Shown here piece after piece: positions 29,584 to 32,000 of a stretch of 32,000 nucleotides of DNA. Location of the stretch: the NCBI GenBank assembly GCA_041659445.1, contig JBAZYG010000002.1, positions 120,001 through 152,000 of the forward strand, in the 5' to 3' direction. Position 1 is the stretch's first letter. Every line of letters starts with the position of its first letter. The DNA is from Candidatus Saccharimonadota bacterium. Its GTDB lineage: Archaea > Nanobdellota > Nanobdellia > Pacearchaeales > GW2011-AR1. Under the pieces are notes generated by a model, which did not search any database, was not told the DNA's origin, and worked only from the letters and a program-made list of their open reading frames with translations. The translations under genes and the position numbers were made by a program.

Positions 29584-31515
29584 TTAAAAATTTTTTTCAA
29601 AAAAATCCAAAACTCTGGAATCTGGACTTAACACAAAAACATAATCTTCTTTAAATCTCAATCCACGATATAGTTTTTGTAATAATTCTCTTTGAGCTTT
29701 GTCTTTGTAAAACATCCAATATTCTTGAGGTTTAGTTTTGTTTAATATTTTCCAAAAAGAATCTGAAATATTGGGGTTGGGATATTTTGTAAAAACAATA
29801 GACCTGCATTGGTCTCCTGGAAAATCAATTCCTCTTGAATCACGTGTCGAAAATAAAATACTGCTACGTCCTTCTTTAAATTCTTGAATTAAATTTCCTT
29901 CTTTGTCTTCTTCTTGGGTTTCTTTTATTTTTTCCCTGCTAATTAAATTTTTTAATTTGTAATTAATTATTTCTTCAGATGTTGGTAAATCTTGAAAAGC
30001 GTGAACATGAACCAATGTTTGCCCTTTTGATATTTCCAAGCATTTATCTAAGGCTTTTAGGTAATTTTCTCTAGAATGTATTCCATTTGAAAAATTAGAA
30101 TATTTGCAATCTTTTTCTAAACCTGTTTTTTTAACTTCAATTTTTCCTTGATTTTTTGTCTCAGCTTCGATTATTTTAAATTTTTTTAAACCAAAAATAT
30201 TTTTTAGAACTTCTTCAGAATGAATTGTTCCAGACATTAAAACAAAATTTTTGTTCATCTTAATTAATTCTTCAAATCTTTTTGCTAAATTAGTTGTTAC
30301 AATGTTTATAATAAAATCCCTTTCTATTTTATGTGCAGTTAAATAACTTTCATCCAAAAAATTTTCAAATTCATATGCAGTTTCTGCAATTTCAAGAATG
30401 TAACTTTCATCATCAACATCAGCAATCCATTTTCTTTCTAAAAATAATTTAAGTAAATCATAAAGTGATGTTTCTTTGAGTGAAATTATGTTTTTATTCT
30501 CTACTAATTTTTCAATTCTTTTGTCTTTTTTAATGGCTTTAATTAATTCAAATGCTTCTTCTAGTTTGTGAACATATTCTTGAGGAGGAGAATAATACAC
30601 TAATGCATTTTGTAATCTATCTAAGTTTATACTTTTTTGATTTGAAAAAGAATCTAAAAACTCATCGCATTCGTCGATTATTTCAATTTCTGTTTGGGGT
30701 TTTCTTCCTAAAACTGTTTCTAATTTATATTTAAGTGAATTAAAAACAATTACGTCCGAATTGACATAAGATTTGAATTGTTCATAAAAACTACATCCTG
30801 GATTTCTATAATAAAAAGTTCTTTCTTTGCCATCAACACCTGTGTATGTCTCTTTTTTTGTAACATTAGATAAATGTGATTCATATTTTGCAAGGAGAAC
30901 AGGACTCCAATAAGGACAAACAGGTGCAATAGATAATCTTTTTACATCTTTTATGCTGGAAAAATCTTGGATATTCACGTTACTATTTTGATTAAGATAT
31001 TGTCTTATTTTTTCCCAATTTTTTTCTTTAATTTCAATTTTACATGGGATTTTCAAATTATCTGCAGATTTATTTTCTTCAAGTAATTTTTTTGACTCTT
31101 CTCTTTTTTTAGCAAAAATATCATGTAAATTTAGATTAATTTCTTTTTTTATTTTTTGAAGAGCATTTTCATTTTCTTCTAAAAATTTACATTTGTGATT
31201 ATTCCTTCCTGTGATAATACTTATTTTTAATTTTTCTTTATTATTTTTTAATAAGTATTTGTTTTTTTCATAATCAAGTTTGTATTGTGTTTGAAGATTT
31301 TTTCCAGGAACAACTATAGATGTTTTTCCAATTTCTTTTGCAAGATTAAGTGCTATTGCAGATTTTCCTGTTCCGCAAACCCCTTTTATAAAAATCATTT
31401 TCTCTCCGTTTTTTATTTCTTGAATAACTTCTTTAACAATGTCTTCTTGGGTTTTTCCATTTGAAAAACATAATGGGTCAAGAAATTTTCCGTCTTCATA
31501 CAAATTCCATTTCAT
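29584..31515 (-). CDS. XPD/Rad3/DinG-family SF2 DNA helicase-like protein
   Basis: Walker A GVCGTGKSAIAL, motif II IIDECDEFLD, C-terminal STRDSRGIDFPGDQCRSIVFTKYPNP block. Four Cys lie between motifs I and II (NHKCKF, IPCKIE, VCPYW, PGCSFY), as expected for an Fe-S domain. Confidence 0.65.
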   Translation of the reverse strand: MKWNLYEDGKFLDPLCFSNGKTQEDIVKEVIQEIKNGEKMIFIKGVCGTGKSAIALNLAKEIGKTSIVVPGKNLQTQYKLDYEKNKYLLKNNKEKLKISIITGRNNHKCKFLEENENALQKIKKEINLNLHDIFAKKREESKKLLEENKSADNLKIPCKIEIKEKNWEKIRQYLNQNSNVNIQDFSSIKDVKRLSIAPVCPYWSPVLLAKYESHLSNVTKKETYTGVDGKERTFYYRNPGCSFYEQFKSYVNSDVIVFNSLKYKLETVLGRKPQTEIEIIDECDEFLDSFSNQKSINLDRLQNALVYYSPPQEYVHKLEEAFELIKAIKKDKRIEKLVENKNIISLKETSLYDLLKLFLERKWIADVDDESYILEIAETAYEFENFLDESYLTAHKIERDFIINIVTTNLAKRFEELIKMNKNFVLMSGTIHSEEVLKNIFGLKKFKIIEAETKNQGKIEVKKTGLEKDCKYSNFSNGIHSRENYLKALDKCLEISKGQTLVHVHAFQDLPTSEEIINYKLKNLISREKIKETQEEDKEGNLIQEFKEGRSSILFSTRDSRGIDFPGDQCRSIVFTKYPNPNISDSFWKILNKTKPQEYWMFYKDKAQRELLQKLYRGLRFKEDYVFVLSPDSRVLDFFEKNF

Positions 31516-31563
31516 AAGTTAAGAAAAAAATTCAAAGGTTATAAGGTTTATTAAAGTTAAAAT

Positions 31564-31872
31564 TCATTTAATCAGCTTTTTATATGCCTTTTCTAATTCC
31601 TGAAATTGAGCACAAGGTTCTCCATTAAATAATTCTGGTATTAAAATTTTGTTGGATAAATTATTATTTTCAAAAGAAATTCTATTTTTTTCTGTTATTT
31701 GACAGGGGTCTGTTTTTTCAATTATTCTTAAAATTATTGCATCAATATTCTTTTTAGATAATAGAAAACTGGCAAGAGTATGTACTTTATGCCCATCTTG
31801 AAATAAATCATAATCTGGCAAATAAATCGAATCATTGCTTCCTAATTTATAAATAGTATTCTCTTTAAGCAT
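31564..31872 (-). CDS. Hypothetical protein
   Basis: ~102 aa from the first ATG (MLKENTIY); the track start at 31878 is a TTG. No family recognised. Confidence 0.3.
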   Translation of the reverse strand: MLKENTIYKLGSNDSIYLPDYDLFQDGHKVHTLASFLLSKKNIDAIILRIIEKTDPCQITEKNRISFENNNLSNKILIPELFNGEPCAQFQELEKAYKKLIK

Positions 31873-32000
31873 TTTCAATTTTTGAAGAAATTTTTTGTTT
31901 AAAAATAAATGTGTTCTTGAGTATATATTTTAAAATTCTCGTTCTAACTAAGATTGCTCTCCGGATTTAATTTTTGAAATAAAAATTAAAATTTATCCGA

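Noticed and set aside
888-30734. About 40 ORFs of 60-112 aa listed on the strand opposite to, or in alternative frames within, confidently assigned genes. Examples: 888-1169, 3160-3387, 4412-4612, 6199-6417, 7089-7298, 7257-7550, 8055-8369, 10205-10510, 12616-12939, 13974-14276, 15346-15654, 16397-16735, 18014-18196, 19915-20118, 22240-22503, 23666-23953, 26488-26718, 27752-28057 and 30552-30734.
   Set aside because: They are fully nested in stronger genes and translate to low-complexity Phe/Leu/Ile/Ser-rich sequence, which is typical of the antisense of Lys/Glu/Asn-rich AT-rich coding DNA. They also lack the TATA-N21-ATG or coupled-junction grammar that real genes here obey.
31961-32000. AT-rich imperfect hairpin tccggat-ttaattttt-gaaat-aaaaattaa-aatttatccga at the window edge.
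   Set aside because: The 9-bp A/T stem is expected by chance in this composition, the outer stem is imperfect, and the feature is truncated by the window end. No function can be supported.
1-32000. CRISPR arrays, rRNA genes, transposases or IS elements.
   Set aside because: No regularly spaced direct repeats, no rRNA-like GC-rich structured stretches and no transposase-like ORFs were seen. The only structured RNA gene I could fold is tRNA-Ser.

Overview
AT-rich (roughly 30% GC by eye) archaeal window. The gene content (eL19, eL32, eS4, aIF1/SUI1, SecY, an MJ0480-like YidC homologue), small tightly packed genes and AMP-salvage enzymes suggest a DPANN-type archaeon; that attribution is inference. 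Bases ~6950-21566 (minus strand) hold the canonical archaeal ribosomal-protein superoperon, L3-L4-L23-L2-S19-L22-S3-L29-SUI1-S17-L14-L24-S4e-L5-S14-S8-L6-L32e-L19e-L18-S5-L30-L15-SecY. Three things go beyond ordinary annotation. (1) A compact diversity-generating retroelement (DGR) at 4809-6953 comprises a target gene with a variable repeat (5451-5540), a template repeat (5852-5941) differing mainly at template adenines, a GC-rich hairpin just after the VR, and an RT with the DGR-type LGNLTSQ and YVDD motifs. No avd gene is present, and the cassette sits where adk normally lies between secY and the MJ0480-like gene. (2) A three-gene operon at 21672-24967 encodes a beta-class DPPY DNA methyltransferase, a MORC/MutL-like GHKL ATPase and an unknown 280-aa protein. 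It has its own promoter and abuts the L3 gene, making it a candidate non-canonical restriction/defence module. (3) Five unrelated orphan ORFs (89-136 aa) are inserted between universally adjacent ribosomal protein genes and are translationally coupled to them. Associated features are a 19-codon relay mini-ORF and repeated junction modules. Also present are tRNA-Ser(UGA), two of the three AMP-salvage (pentose bisphosphate) enzymes, an XPD-like helicase, N-glycosylation genes, and a rigid TATA-N21-ATG leaderless promoter architecture that includes one shared bidirectional TATA box. All calls come from reading the sequence and the ORF translations; no database search was run.
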